Origin: Pseudomonadota bacterium
Lineage (GTDB): Archaea; Thermoplasmatota; SW-10-69-26; JACQPN01; JAJPHT01
Assembly: GCA_021325135.1 (NCBI GenBank)
Contig: JAJPHT010000039.1
Location: 99,493 to 163,492, forward strand
Direction: 5' to 3'
DNA: 64,000 bases
Shown here: positions 44,868-53,661 of the stretch, one piece after another
How the letters are laid out: each line of letters starts with the position of its first letter
Numbering within the stretch: the stretch's first letter is position 1
Notes under the pieces: generated by a model
What the model was told of the DNA's origin: nothing
Database searches by the model: none
What the model saw: only the letters and a program-made list of their open reading frames with translations
Translations under genes and position numbers: made by a program

Positions 44868-46295
44868 ATGGCGACCCCGGAGCTTGAGCCGAAGCAGATG
44901 GGCATCGACCGCGGCGTCGTGAACCGCGAGATGTTCGACCACGCCAACGAGGAGCGCTTCGCGTTCCGCGCCGCGCAGGGGCTCACGGAGGAGATCGTCC
45001 ACAAGATCTCCGACCGGAAGAAGGAGCCCGAATGGATGCGCGAGTTCCGGCTCAAGTCGCTGAAGATCTTCCACGAGAAGCCCCTGCCCATGTGGGGCGC
45101 GGACCTCACCAAGCTCGACCTCTCCAAGATCACCTACTACGGCGACCCGGGCGTCAAGGAGACGAAGAACTGGGAGGAGGTCCCCCAGGACATCAAGGAC
45201 ACCTTCGAGAAGCTCGGCATCCCCAAGGCCGAGCGCGCGTACCTCGCCGGAGCGGGCGCGCAGTACGAGTCCGAGATGGTCTACCACAACCTCGCCAAGG
45301 AGTGGGCGGACATGGGGATCACGTTCATCAACTGCGACGAGGCCCTCAAGAGCCACGAGGACCTCTTCCGCAAGTACTTCATGAAGGCCGTCCCGCCCAC
45401 GGACCACAAGTTCGCGGCGCTCCACGGCGCCGTGTGGTCGGGCGGCACGTTCCTCCACGTCCCCAAGGGCGTGAAGATGGACGCGCCCGTGCAGGCGTAC
45501 TTCCGCATGAACGCCGAAGGCTTCGGCCAGTTCGAGCACACGCTCATCGTGGTCGAGGAGGGCGCGCAGGTCCACTACATCGAGGGCTGCTCCGCGCCCA
45601 AGTACGAGAACAGCAGCATCCACGCGGGCTGCGTCGAGGTCTACGTCAAGGAGGGCGCCCGCGCGCGCTACTCGTCGGTAGAGAACTGGAGCCGCCAGAC
45701 GTACAACCTCAACACCAAGCGCGCCCTCGTGGAGAAGAACGGCTTCATGGAGTGGGTGAACGGCAACCTGGGCAGCGGCGTCACCATGCTCTACCCCATG
45801 TCGATCCTCAAGGGCGAGAACGCCCGCAGCGACATGACCGGCATCGCCTTCGCGGGCCCCGGCCAGAACCAGGACACCGGCAGCAAGGTGCAGCTTCTGG
45901 CGCCCAACACGTCGTGCAACATCGTCTCCAAGTCGCTGGCGACCGGCGGCGGCATCACCACCTACCGCGGCCTCGTGAAGGTCGGCCCCGCCGCGAGGAA
46001 CGCCAAGGTGAAGGTCGAGTGCGACGCGCTCCTCCTGGACGACAAGAGCAAGAACTTCACCATCCCCGACATGCAGATCGCGCAGGAGAAGGTCGAGATC
46101 GCCCACGAGGCGACGGTGGGCAAGATCAGCACCGACCAGATCTTCTACCTCATGAGCCGCGGCCTCACCGAGGAGCAGGCCAACGTGATGATCGTCAACG
46201 GCTTCATCGAGCCCATCACCAAGGAGCTGCCCCTGGAGTACGCGGTCGAGCTCAACCGCCTCATCGAGCTCGAGATGACGGGCTCGATTGGGTGA
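44868..46295 (+). CDS. sufB: Fe-S cluster assembly protein SufB
   Basis: Motifs EPEWM..FRL, GAGAQYESE, AVWSGG.F, GQFEHTLI, YIEGCSAP, HEATVGKI and ELPLEYAVELN. Confidence 0.96.
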   Translation: MATPELEPKQMGIDRGVVNREMFDHANEERFAFRAAQGLTEEIVHKISDRKKEPEWMREFRLKSLKIFHEKPLPMWGADLTKLDLSKITYYGDPGVKETKNWEEVPQDIKDTFEKLGIPKAERAYLAGAGAQYESEMVYHNLAKEWADMGITFINCDEALKSHEDLFRKYFMKAVPPTDHKFAALHGAVWSGGTFLHVPKGVKMDAPVQAYFRMNAEGFGQFEHTLIVVEEGAQVHYIEGCSAPKYENSSIHAGCVEVYVKEGARARYSSVENWSRQTYNLNTKRALVEKNGFMEWVNGNLGSGVTMLYPMSILKGENARSDMTGIAFAGPGQNQDTGSKVQLLAPNTSCNIVSKSLATGGGITTYRGLVKVGPAARNAKVKVECDALLLDDKSKNFTIPDMQIAQEKVEIAHEATVGKISTDQIFYLMSRGLTEEQANVMIVNGFIEPITKELPLEYAVELNRLIELEMTGSIG

Positions 46296-46380
46296 ACGTC
46301 CGTTCTGGGGAAGCCGTCCCCCTCCTCCGGGCGGACAGGGTGGGATATACCCCCGGCGACCACCCAGGCATGGGACCGCC

Positions 46381-46833
46381 ATGGCCGACGCCCTCCCTGC
46401 CAAGCGCCGCCTGAGACTGCTCATCGTCGACGACGAGCCCGAGATCCGCCGCCTCGTCGCGGTCAGCGTCGCGCGCGCCCTGCCGGAGATCGACGTCTCC
46501 CAGGAGGGGACGGGCGCCGACGCGCTGGCGCGGCTGGCGAAGGAGCCGGCCGACTTCATCCTCTCCGACTTCCGCATGCCGGGCATGGACGGGCTGGAGT
46601 TCCTCCAGCGCAGCATCGCGCTCGCGCCGCAGGCAAGCCGCATCATGGTGACGGCGTACCCCGACACGATGCTGGCGATCCGCGCGCTCAACGAGGGGCA
46701 CATCGCGCGCTTCCTCACGAAGCCCTTCTCGCCCCGCGACATGGTGGACGCGCTGCGAGCCCTGCTTGCGAAGCGCGAGGCCGCCGAGGCCAAGGCGCTG
46801 GGGCTCGCGAAGGCCTTCGCCGGCGCGGGCTGA
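46381..46833 (+). CDS. stand-alone response regulator receiver
   Basis: Motifs LIVDDE, SDFRMPGMDG, VTAY and FLTKP. Confidence 0.9.
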   Translation: MADALPAKRRLRLLIVDDEPEIRRLVAVSVARALPEIDVSQEGTGADALARLAKEPADFILSDFRMPGMDGLEFLQRSIALAPQASRIMVTAYPDTMLAIRALNEGHIARFLTKPFSPRDMVDALRALLAKREAAEAKALGLAKAFAGAG

Positions 46834-46834
46834 T

Positions 46835-47617
46835 CTACTTCTCCGTCGAGGCGCCCGCGCGCAGCAGGGCCGCCTGGTCGCGCACCAGCGCGCCGTTGGT
46901 GGTGAGGAGGGCGAAGTCGCGCCCCACGCGCACCTTGTCGTCGTCCGGCATGGGGTGGACGAGGAGCATCTCCTTGCCGTCCACGGCCACGGTCAGCGTG
47001 TGGAGCGGCGCGCTCGTCCAGCGGACCGCCTGCGGCCACGCCTCCACGACGCGCTCCACGCCGCCGTTGGCGCTCGCCGCGCGCGGCAGCACGACCTCGA
47101 CGATGCCGCGGCGCGCGTCCGGCACGCGCTCCAGGTGCCGCAGCATGCGGTCCCAGCCGCCGAGGCTGCACGCGACCAGCAGCGACTCCTTGGCCTCCTC
47201 CATCATGCGGTCGATCTCGCGGGCCACCGCGCGGCGCGTCAGGATCACGCGCGTGGAGCCCGCCTCCAGGTCCCCCGCGCCGGAGAGCTCCGGAGGCTTG
47301 AACGCGACTTCCAGATAGCTTTTCTGCGACTCGATCTTGCCGATGCGGTCCCGGAGGTCGGAGATGCTCCGGTCGAGGTAGATGCTGATGGGGGTCGCGC
47401 GGTACTTGCGGTTCTCCTCCAGCAGGATCTCCACGAGGCCCATGGATTGCAGCTCCTCCAGGATCTCGTAGAGGCGGTTGCGCGGGATCTGGGCGGCCTT
47501 GGCGAGGCTTCCGGCGGGGAGCGCGGGGAAGTCCAGGAGCGCGAGGTAGACGCGGGCCTGGTACTCCGAGAGCCCGTGCTCCAGCAGAATGCCGAGGCGG
47601 TCGACGCTCATCCTCAT
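46835..47617 (-). CDS. TrmB family transcriptional regulator
   Basis: HTH pattern GLSEYQARVYLALL...IPRNRLYEILEEL..GLV plus an effector domain. Confidence 0.88.
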   Translation of the reverse strand: MRMSVDRLGILLEHGLSEYQARVYLALLDFPALPAGSLAKAAQIPRNRLYEILEELQSMGLVEILLEENRKYRATPISIYLDRSISDLRDRIGKIESQKSYLEVAFKPPELSGAGDLEAGSTRVILTRRAVAREIDRMMEEAKESLLVACSLGGWDRMLRHLERVPDARRGIVEVVLPRAASANGGVERVVEAWPQAVRWTSAPLHTLTVAVDGKEMLLVHPMPDDDKVRVGRDFALLTTNGALVRDQAALLRAGASTEK

Positions 47618-47687
47618 GGGGTCGTTCCCGAGGGGTGGAGCCTTCCCCAAGCTAAGAACTTGCTCACTTGTTATTCACAACTTGTTT

Positions 47688-48176
47688 CTAACCGGAGGCC
47701 CGATCCTCGCGGTCGCCCAGCGCCTCCATCTCCCGCGCCGCACGCCGGCAGACCTCGATGGCCTCCGCGTCGTGGTGGAGGAAATTGAAGATCAGCAGGA
47801 GGAGGTCCTGCGCGCGCAGCGGCTTCTGCACGTAGGCGTCGATGCGGGCCTTCCGGATGCGCGAGACGGGCGCGGGGATCTCGTTGTAGCCCGTCATGAG
47901 GATGCGGCCCGCCATGGGGTTGCTTGCAAGTGCGGCCTCCAGCACGTCGACGCCGTCGCGCCCCTTCATGCGGAAGTCGCTCACCACGAGGTCGAACCTG
48001 CGCTCGCGCAGCAGCGCGATGGCGCGCTCGGGGTCCGTCTCGGTGGTGAGCTTGATGTCGAACCCCTTGAGGTGTCTCAGGAGACCCATGAAGAATTGGC
48101 CGATCTCCGGAAGGTCGTCCACCACCAGGACCTCCCGGGTTCCCCCTTGCGCCGCGTCCTGGGGAGGCCTGGTCAT
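47688..48176 (-). CDS. stand-alone response regulator receiver
   Basis: Motifs LVVDD, SDFRM...DG, MTGY and YVQKP. Confidence 0.88.
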   Translation of the reverse strand: MTRPPQDAAQGGTREVLVVDDLPEIGQFFMGLLRHLKGFDIKLTTETDPERAIALLRERRFDLVVSDFRMKGRDGVDVLEAALASNPMAGRILMTGYNEIPAPVSRIRKARIDAYVQKPLRAQDLLLLIFNFLHHDAEAIEVCRRAAREMEALGDREDRASG

Positions 48177-48205
48177 CGTCGTGCCCGGGCCCCGCTGCGT
48201 TACCT

Positions 48206-49081
48206 TCACTTAACTTCTTTCCGGATTCCTTCCGAGGAGCCGACCGCCAGCAGGCCGGCAATCGAGAGCGCGGTGGCCGCGGCGTGGTACCACGTGAGGG
48301 GCTCGCCAAGAAGGAGGGCCGCGAGCCCCACGCCGAAGAGGCCGTTGGTCGCGAAGAGGACGGTGGTGCGCGTGGCGCCGACGCGCCCCAGCGCGACGTA
48401 GAAGAGGACGCTGGAGAGCGCGACGCCCACGAGGCCGGCCGCGAGGGCGAGCAGCCAATCGCGCGGCCTGCCGCCCGGCGGCCCCGCCAGGAGCAGCGCG
48501 GCCAGGAGGACCGCGACGCCTCCCGAGAGCGTCTTCAGCGCGATGAGTCCGCGCGGGTCGTGGACGCGCGCCAGGGGCGCGCTCGCGGCGTTGTCCACGG
48601 CCCACAGGCAGGCGGCGCCCGCGACGAGGAGCGCGCCCAAGGCGGTGGTGCCGCCGCGCGCGCCGCTGCCCAGGCTCACCGCGATCGCACCCAGCGCCAG
48701 GAGGCCCGCGCCCAGGGCCTCGCGGCCGCGCAGCCGCTCGCCCAGCACGAGGAACGCCAGGAGCGCCGTGGCGCCCATCTCCAGGTTGAGCAGCAGCGAG
48801 GCGTCCGCGGCTCCCGTGCGCGCGAGGCCGAAGAAGAGGAGGATGGGCGCGGCGATGGCGCCCGCGGCGACGACCAGCGCCATGCGCGGCCGCTCGCGCG
48901 GCGCGAGGCGCGCGCGGCGCGCGAAGGGGAGCATGGCGAGCCCGCCGCCCGCGTAGGTGAAGGCGACCAGCCAGAGGGGCTGGAGGCCGTCCACGAGGAC
49001 GAAGCGGGCGGCCACGTTCACGCCCGCGAAGCTGGCCGCGGCGGCCAGGGCCGCGAGGATGCCCACGCTTCGCGGCCGCAT
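48206..49081 (-). CDS. EamA/DMT family transporter
   Basis: Ten TM segments; duplicated L..L.LGE motifs. Confidence 0.9.
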   Translation of the reverse strand: MRPRSVGILAALAAAASFAGVNVAARFVLVDGLQPLWLVAFTYAGGGLAMLPFARRARLAPRERPRMALVVAAGAIAAPILLFFGLARTGAADASLLLNLEMGATALLAFLVLGERLRGREALGAGLLALGAIAVSLGSGARGGTTALGALLVAGAACLWAVDNAASAPLARVHDPRGLIALKTLSGGVAVLLAALLLAGPPGGRPRDWLLALAAGLVGVALSSVLFYVALGRVGATRTTVLFATNGLFGVGLAALLLGEPLTWYHAAATALSIAGLLAVGSSEGIRKEVK

Positions 49082-49087
49082 GGCGGC

Positions 49088-49903
49088 TCACGGCGTCTGC
49101 GGCGGGGGCAGGTCGGCGCGGGGCTCCTCGGCGGGCGTGCCCGCGAGAAGCTGGAGCCAGGCGACGGTCGCGATGGCGCCCGCGAGGCCGGTGAGCACGA
49201 GGCCCACGAGGGCGAGCAGCTCGCCGAAGAGGGTGGGGCCGTCGCGGCTGGGGCCCAGCATGAACTGGAAGAGGAACGCGGCGCACGCGAGGAAGCCCGC
49301 CAGCGCGCCCGCGAAGGTGAGCTTGGGGTGCCCCGCGCGCGTCGAGGCGTAGGCGCCCACGACGCACGCGACGCTCACGACGACCGCGCCGCCCACGAGC
49401 AGGATGCGGAAGGTGGGTGTCTTGGGGCCCACGAGGTCCAGCAGCGTGAAGGCGCCCCAGATGGGCCCCACGGCGGCGAGGTGCAGCGTGGCGTTGAGGC
49501 TGGGCGCGCCGCGGCCGGGCCACGCGACGCGGGGGAGCGCCTGCTCGAAGGCGTGCGTGACCAGCGCGCCGCCCGCGTAGGCGAGCAGGAGCGTGAGGCC
49601 CGGCTCCAGGACGTAGCGCATGGTCGCGTCGTCCAGGAGGCGCACCGTCTGGAAGAGGAAGAGAGTGAGGACCGCGAGCACCGCGGAGGCGGGCATGGCC
49701 CAGCTGAAGAAATGGCGGCCGCGGTTCATGAGCAGGTAGCCCACGACGCCGTAGCCCATGAGGAGGGCCACGCTGAGGACGACGAGCCACGGGTTCTGGA
49801 CCGTGAGGCCGTACATGCCGCCGGTGAAGGCGGCGACGCCTCCGGCCGCCAGGAGGAGGCCGCCGGCGTTGGAGAGGAGCCGGTCCTTGCTCGGTTCGGG
49901 CAT
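49088..49903 (-). CDS. multi-pass membrane protein
   Basis: About 8 hydrophobic segments. Confidence 0.7.
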   Translation of the reverse strand: MPEPSKDRLLSNAGGLLLAAGGVAAFTGGMYGLTVQNPWLVVLSVALLMGYGVVGYLLMNRGRHFFSWAMPASAVLAVLTLFLFQTVRLLDDATMRYVLEPGLTLLLAYAGGALVTHAFEQALPRVAWPGRGAPSLNATLHLAAVGPIWGAFTLLDLVGPKTPTFRILLVGGAVVVSVACVVGAYASTRAGHPKLTFAGALAGFLACAAFLFQFMLGPSRDGPTLFGELLALVGLVLTGLAGAIATVAWLQLLAGTPAEEPRADLPPPQTP

Positions 49904-49959
49904 GGCCGACCCAGTTTCCGTTGGGGCCATCAAGCTGTTGGCGGAAGATTCCAACGCCC

Positions 49960-50024
49960 GGGGGTTTCAGGGGGCGAAGCCCCCCTGAAGTGAAGCCCCG
50001 TTCCAGCCGATGACAGAAACGTCA
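49960..50024. repeat. REP-like dispersed repeat, copy C
   Basis: GGGGGTTTCAGGGGGCGAAGCCCCCCTGAAGTGAAGCCCCGTTCCAGCCGATGACAGAAACGTCA, closely similar to 29748-29811. Confidence 0.8.
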
Positions 50025-50063
50025 TGGGCAAGCCCCCCGCCAACGCGGGTCTTGCCATCTGCT

Positions 50064-50306
50064 CTACGGGCCGGAGGGCGCCGCGGGCGGGGGCGCGACG
50101 ACCTCCACCGGGCGCGGTGGGATGAGGACCCAGAGCGCCAGGTAGGCGATGACGCCCGGCAGAAGCCCGGTGAGGATGAGCGCGACGACGAAGATGGCGC
50201 GCACCAGCACGACGTCCACCGAGTAGTAGTCCGCGAACCCGGCCGCGATGCCGGCGATCCAACCCCTCTGGGGGTCGCGCAGGAGGCGCTTCATGGAGCC
50301 GTCCAT
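50064..50306 (-). CDS. pspC: PspC domain protein
   Basis: Pattern KRL.R......IAGIAAG.A.Y...D..LVR...Y...W..IP. Confidence 0.88.
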   Translation of the reverse strand: MDGSMKRLLRDPQRGWIAGIAAGFADYYSVDVVLVRAIFVVALILTGLLPGVIAYLALWVLIPPRPVEVVAPPPAAPSGP

Positions 50307-50355
50307 GGGACCCGGATCGGCGTCCTGGGGAAAAGCCTGCGCCGGAAGGTTCCTT

Positions 50356-50847
50356 TCAGGAGGGCCACTGGTCGACGACCTCCAGCTTCACGGGCTCCGC
50401 CGTGAGGTCGTAGGCGCGCCACGAGTAGGCGTTGTAGGGGTACGCGATGATGAGGTGCGTGTGCCCGAAGTGGGAGAAGAACTGCCGGTCCGCGTCGGAG
50501 GGGATGGGGTACGGGCTGGGGTGGCTGTGCACCGTGCCCACGAGGGAGGGGTCGACGGGGAGGTGCCAGGTGTTCATGAACGTGTGGCTCCCGCCGCCGA
50601 TCGTGCCGGGCACGAGCACCAGCTCGGTGATGACGCCCTTCTCGGCGCGCAGCGCGGCGCCGTATTCCCGCGGATGGTTCGCGCGCCCCATCTGCGCCAT
50701 GACGTCCACGACCTCGCGGTGGATGCTGTGGACCTTGCGGCGCCGCGGCGCGACGGGACCGATCTCCCTCCCCTTTGCGGGGACGAGGGCGTCGACCTTC
50801 GTGGGCTCCGCGGGGGGCTTGCGGAAGAAGCGGTCGAAGAGGCCCAC
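50356..50847 (-). CDS. JAB1/MPN (JAMM) metalloprotease
   Basis: Intact JAMM motif P.E...GTVHSHPS....PSDAD. Confidence 0.9.
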   Translation of the reverse strand: MGLFDRFFRKPPAEPTKVDALVPAKGREIGPVAPRRRKVHSIHREVVDVMAQMGRANHPREYGAALRAEKGVITELVLVPGTIGGGSHTFMNTWHLPVDPSLVGTVHSHPSPYPIPSDADRQFFSHFGHTHLIIAYPYNAYSWRAYDLTAEPVKLEVVDQWPS

Positions 50848-51129
50848 GTGCCGGAGCAGGGGGGCGCGCCGAAAAGGGTTGTGGGAAAGGGATGCACGGT
50901 CCCCGGGGGATGCGTTCCGGGGACCATGAGGGGGATGCGGGGGCGCGCGTCATCATGCGACCGCGAGGGCGGCTTCATAGAGGGTGCGAAGCCGCGCGCG
51001 CCCCTTGAGACCCTGGAAACCGGTGGCTGGCTTGGGCTTGAACCCCAGTGCACCGAAACTGCCGTCCGGTCTTGGAGGGCGGGACCGGAACAGCGCAACG
51101 CGGATAACCCGACAGAGGGGGTCATCGTC

Positions 51130-51504
51130 GTGCACTTCTCCACCGCCGGGGCCGACTTCGCCTGGGACCCCGAGGCGCGCCTGATCAAGGTCCACTTCCG
51201 CCGGATGCAGGAGACGACGATGCTGGAGCGCGAGGCCGCCGCCCGCGCCATCCGGGCGTGGACCCGCGAGGGGCCCTACGGCGTCCTGGCGGACGGCGAA
51301 GGGGTCGGCGAGACGGCGCCGGGCGCCTTGGCATTCTGGGCCGGCTTCTTCCGCCTCTCCCGAGCGCCCGTCCACATCGCGGTCGTGGGCTTCCCCGCCG
51401 AGCAGGAGCGCGCGCTGCGGGCGTGGGAGGCGAGGTACGGGCTCCGGCTGCGCGCGTTCGCCTCCGCGGGGGACGCCCTCGCGTGGCTCTCGGCGCCCGC
51501 CTAG
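51130..51504 (+). CDS. hypothetical protein, STAS/SpoIIAA-like
   Basis: C-terminal part of the track ORF, ending in F.S..DA.AWL. Confidence 0.6.
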   Translation: MHFSTAGADFAWDPEARLIKVHFRRMQETTMLEREAAARAIRAWTREGPYGVLADGEGVGETAPGALAFWAGFFRLSRAPVHIAVVGFPAEQERALRAWEARYGLRLRAFASAGDALAWLSAPA

Positions 51505-52310
51505 CTCAGCCGGCTGCGCAGCCGGTGGTAGAAGTGCTGCCGGAAGCGCACGAAGCGCGCGCGCTCCTCGGAGGCCCAGAGGGTCAGCCGGTCGCCCTCG
51601 TGCATCTCGACCTCCACCTGGCCGTCCACGACGACGATGGCCTCCTTCTCGCGCTGCATGATGCGCGCCTGGAGCACCGTGTCGGGGGGAAGGACCATGG
51701 GGCGGCTGCTGAGGCTGAACGCGGCGAGGGGCACGACGGCGAAGCACTCCACGCGCGGGTCCACGATGGGGCCCCCCGCGCTCATGGCGTAGGAGGTGGA
51801 GCCGGTGGGCGTCGCGACGATGAGGCCGTCGCCCCGCAGGCGCACGACCTCGCGGTCGTTCCAGCCCACCTCGAACTGGAGGATCTTGGCGATGCGCTTC
51901 GTCTTCACCGCGACCTCGTTGGTGGCGTCGGGGAGGCGCTTGTTGTTGAGCGAGGCCGCGATCTTGAGCCGATGCTCCACGAAGTAGTCCCCCGAGAGGA
52001 CGCGCCGCAGGCCGTCGGCCAGCTCGATGGGCTCGATCTCGGTGAGGAAGCCAAGCTCGCCCATGTTGATGCCGAAGACGGGCGCCTTGTTCTGCTGGAG
52101 GGCGTGGAGGATCGTGCCGTCGCCGCCCACCACCACCAGCACGTCCACCTTCATGTCCGCCAGGGGCGCCGAGGCGACGGGCTCCGAGAGGTGCTTGGCC
52201 AGTTCGTCCTCGACGACGAGGTCGGCCTTGCCGTGGAGGAACTGCACGACGTGGTTGGCCACCTTCACGCGGCGCGGGTCGCCCGGGCGCGCCGAGAGGC
52301 CGATCCTCAT
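51501..52310 (-). CDS. nadK: NAD(+) kinase
   Basis: Motifs GGDGT, GINMGELGFL, NE and DGLIVATPTGSTSY.MSAGGP. Confidence 0.96.
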   Translation of the reverse strand: MRIGLSARPGDPRRVKVANHVVQFLHGKADLVVEDELAKHLSEPVASAPLADMKVDVLVVVGGDGTILHALQQNKAPVFGINMGELGFLTEIEPIELADGLRRVLSGDYFVEHRLKIAASLNNKRLPDATNEVAVKTKRIAKILQFEVGWNDREVVRLRGDGLIVATPTGSTSYAMSAGGPIVDPRVECFAVVPLAAFSLSSRPMVLPPDTVLQARIMQREKEAIVVVDGQVEVEMHEGDRLTLWASEERARFVRFRQHFYHRLRSRLS

Positions 52311-53074
52311 GGCTTCCCGGCCCCCAGGGCCTTGGCGGCTTCGCGCGTGGGCGCGGCGGTGAGGCCGAAGCGCGGCACCAGGGAGAGCGCCATGTCCAGG
52401 TCATCGCCCGCGCGGTCGAGCACGACGCCGTCCGCCTCGCGGACGATGAGCGTCGCGGCCGCCACGTCGATGATCCTCAGGATGGGGCGCGAGTAGTGGT
52501 AGCCGTCGAGGCCGCCCGCGGCGACGAGGCTCATCTCCAGCGCGGTGGCGCCGAAGCAGCGCATGGCGCCGGGGCCGGGGAGCAGCCCGGTCGTGGAGCC
52601 CACCGCGAAGACGTGGTCCTTGCCGGAGGCGCGCACCCGGATGGGCCGGCCGTTGCGCGTGGCGCCCTGTCCCGCGACGGCCTCGTAGCGCTCGCCGGTG
52701 CAGAGGTTCTGCACGAGGCCCACGTCCACGTCCGAGAGCGTCTTGCGCCCCAGGGCGAGGCTCACGCAGTAGAACGGGATGCCGCGCGCCGCGTTGGTCG
52801 TGCCGTCGATGGGGTCGGCCACCAGGAGCCGGTCCCCCTTGAGGTCGATGAAGCCGGCCTCCTCGGAGAGGAGGTTGATGCGGTCCTTCTTGCGGGCCTT
52901 GAGGATGCGGACGATCTCGCGCTCGGCCAGGTCGTCCACCATCTTGGTGGCCGTGCCGTCGGCGCCGATGCCCAGCTCCTCGCCCCACCGCTCGGGCTGC
53001 GAGTCCTTCACGACGCGGGCCACGGCGTCGGCCATCTCCCGCAGCAGCGCGAGGTCCGCGTCCGGGTCCGCCAC
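52307..53074 (-). CDS. inositol monophosphatase / FBPase class IV
   Basis: Motifs GADGT.T..VD..AE, LSEE, DPIDGTTN and IDVAAA; start inferred. Confidence 0.9.
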   Translation of the reverse strand: MADPDADLALLREMADAVARVVKDSQPERWGEELGIGADGTATKMVDDLAEREIVRILKARKKDRINLLSEEAGFIDLKGDRLLVADPIDGTTNAARGIPFYCVSLALGRKTLSDVDVGLVQNLCTGERYEAVAGQGATRNGRPIRVRASGKDHVFAVGSTTGLLPGPGAMRCFGATALEMSLVAAGGLDGYHYSRPILRIIDVAAATLIVREADGVVLDRAGDDLDMALSLVPRFGLTAAPTREAAKALGAGKP

Positions 53075-53096
53075 AGAAGTTGTGATCCCCGGCACT

Positions 53097-53105
53097 CTTA
53101 TAAAG
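53097..53105. promoter_or_regulatory. TATA element shared by the divergent IMPase and aIF5A genes
   Basis: CTTATAAAG within a ~60 bp divergent spacer. Confidence 0.55.
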
Positions 53106-53135
53106 GGGCTCCTCGATGGGCCGCCCGATCCCGGC

Positions 53136-53534
53136 ATGTCCACGGAACAGGCAGAAGTTCGTCAGCTCAAGGTCGGTCGCTACGTGGTCATCGACGAGGA
53201 GCCCTGCAAGATCCTCGACATCACCACCTCGAAGCCGGGGAAGCACGGCGCCGCCAAGGCGCGCATCGAGGCCGTCGGCATGTTCGACGGCGTGAAGCGC
53301 AGCATGGTCTCCCCCGTGACAGAGAAGTGCAAGATCCCCATGATCGACAAGAGGAAGGTCCAGATCATCAACATGCACGGGGACCACGCCAACGTCATGG
53401 ACATGGAGACCTACGAGCAGTACGAGCTTCCCATGAGCGCGGGCGAGAAGGCCGCCCTCTCGGCCGGCGCCGAGGTCATGATCATGGAAGCCATGGGCAA
53501 GAAGAAGTTCTACAACGTCGGCGACGACGAGTGA
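53136..53534 (+). CDS. eif5a: translation factor aIF5A
   Basis: Hypusine motif SKPGKHGAAKAR. Confidence 0.97.
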   Translation: MSTEQAEVRQLKVGRYVVIDEEPCKILDITTSKPGKHGAAKARIEAVGMFDGVKRSMVSPVTEKCKIPMIDKRKVQIINMHGDHANVMDMETYEQYELPMSAGEKAALSAGAEVMIMEAMGKKKFYNVGDDE

Positions 53535-53561
53535 CGCTCCACGGCGCCGCAGGCGCCACCC

Positions 53562-53589
53562 TCCCCCTGGGGGCTCCCTTTTTTTTTTT
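53562..53589 (+). terminator. oligo-T terminator after aIF5A
   Basis: Short GC stem followed by an 11-T run. Confidence 0.7.
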
Positions 53590-53661
53590 GAGGACACCAT
53601 GACGCGCCCCAGGACCGACGCCAGCCTTTTCCCCGATCCCGCCCTCTCGCGCCCCGAGAGC

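Noticed and set aside
50960-51110. Possible tRNA (GGTTCAAG on the minus strand)
   Set aside because: I could not build a cloverleaf with acceptor, D and anticodon arms around the T-loop-like motif
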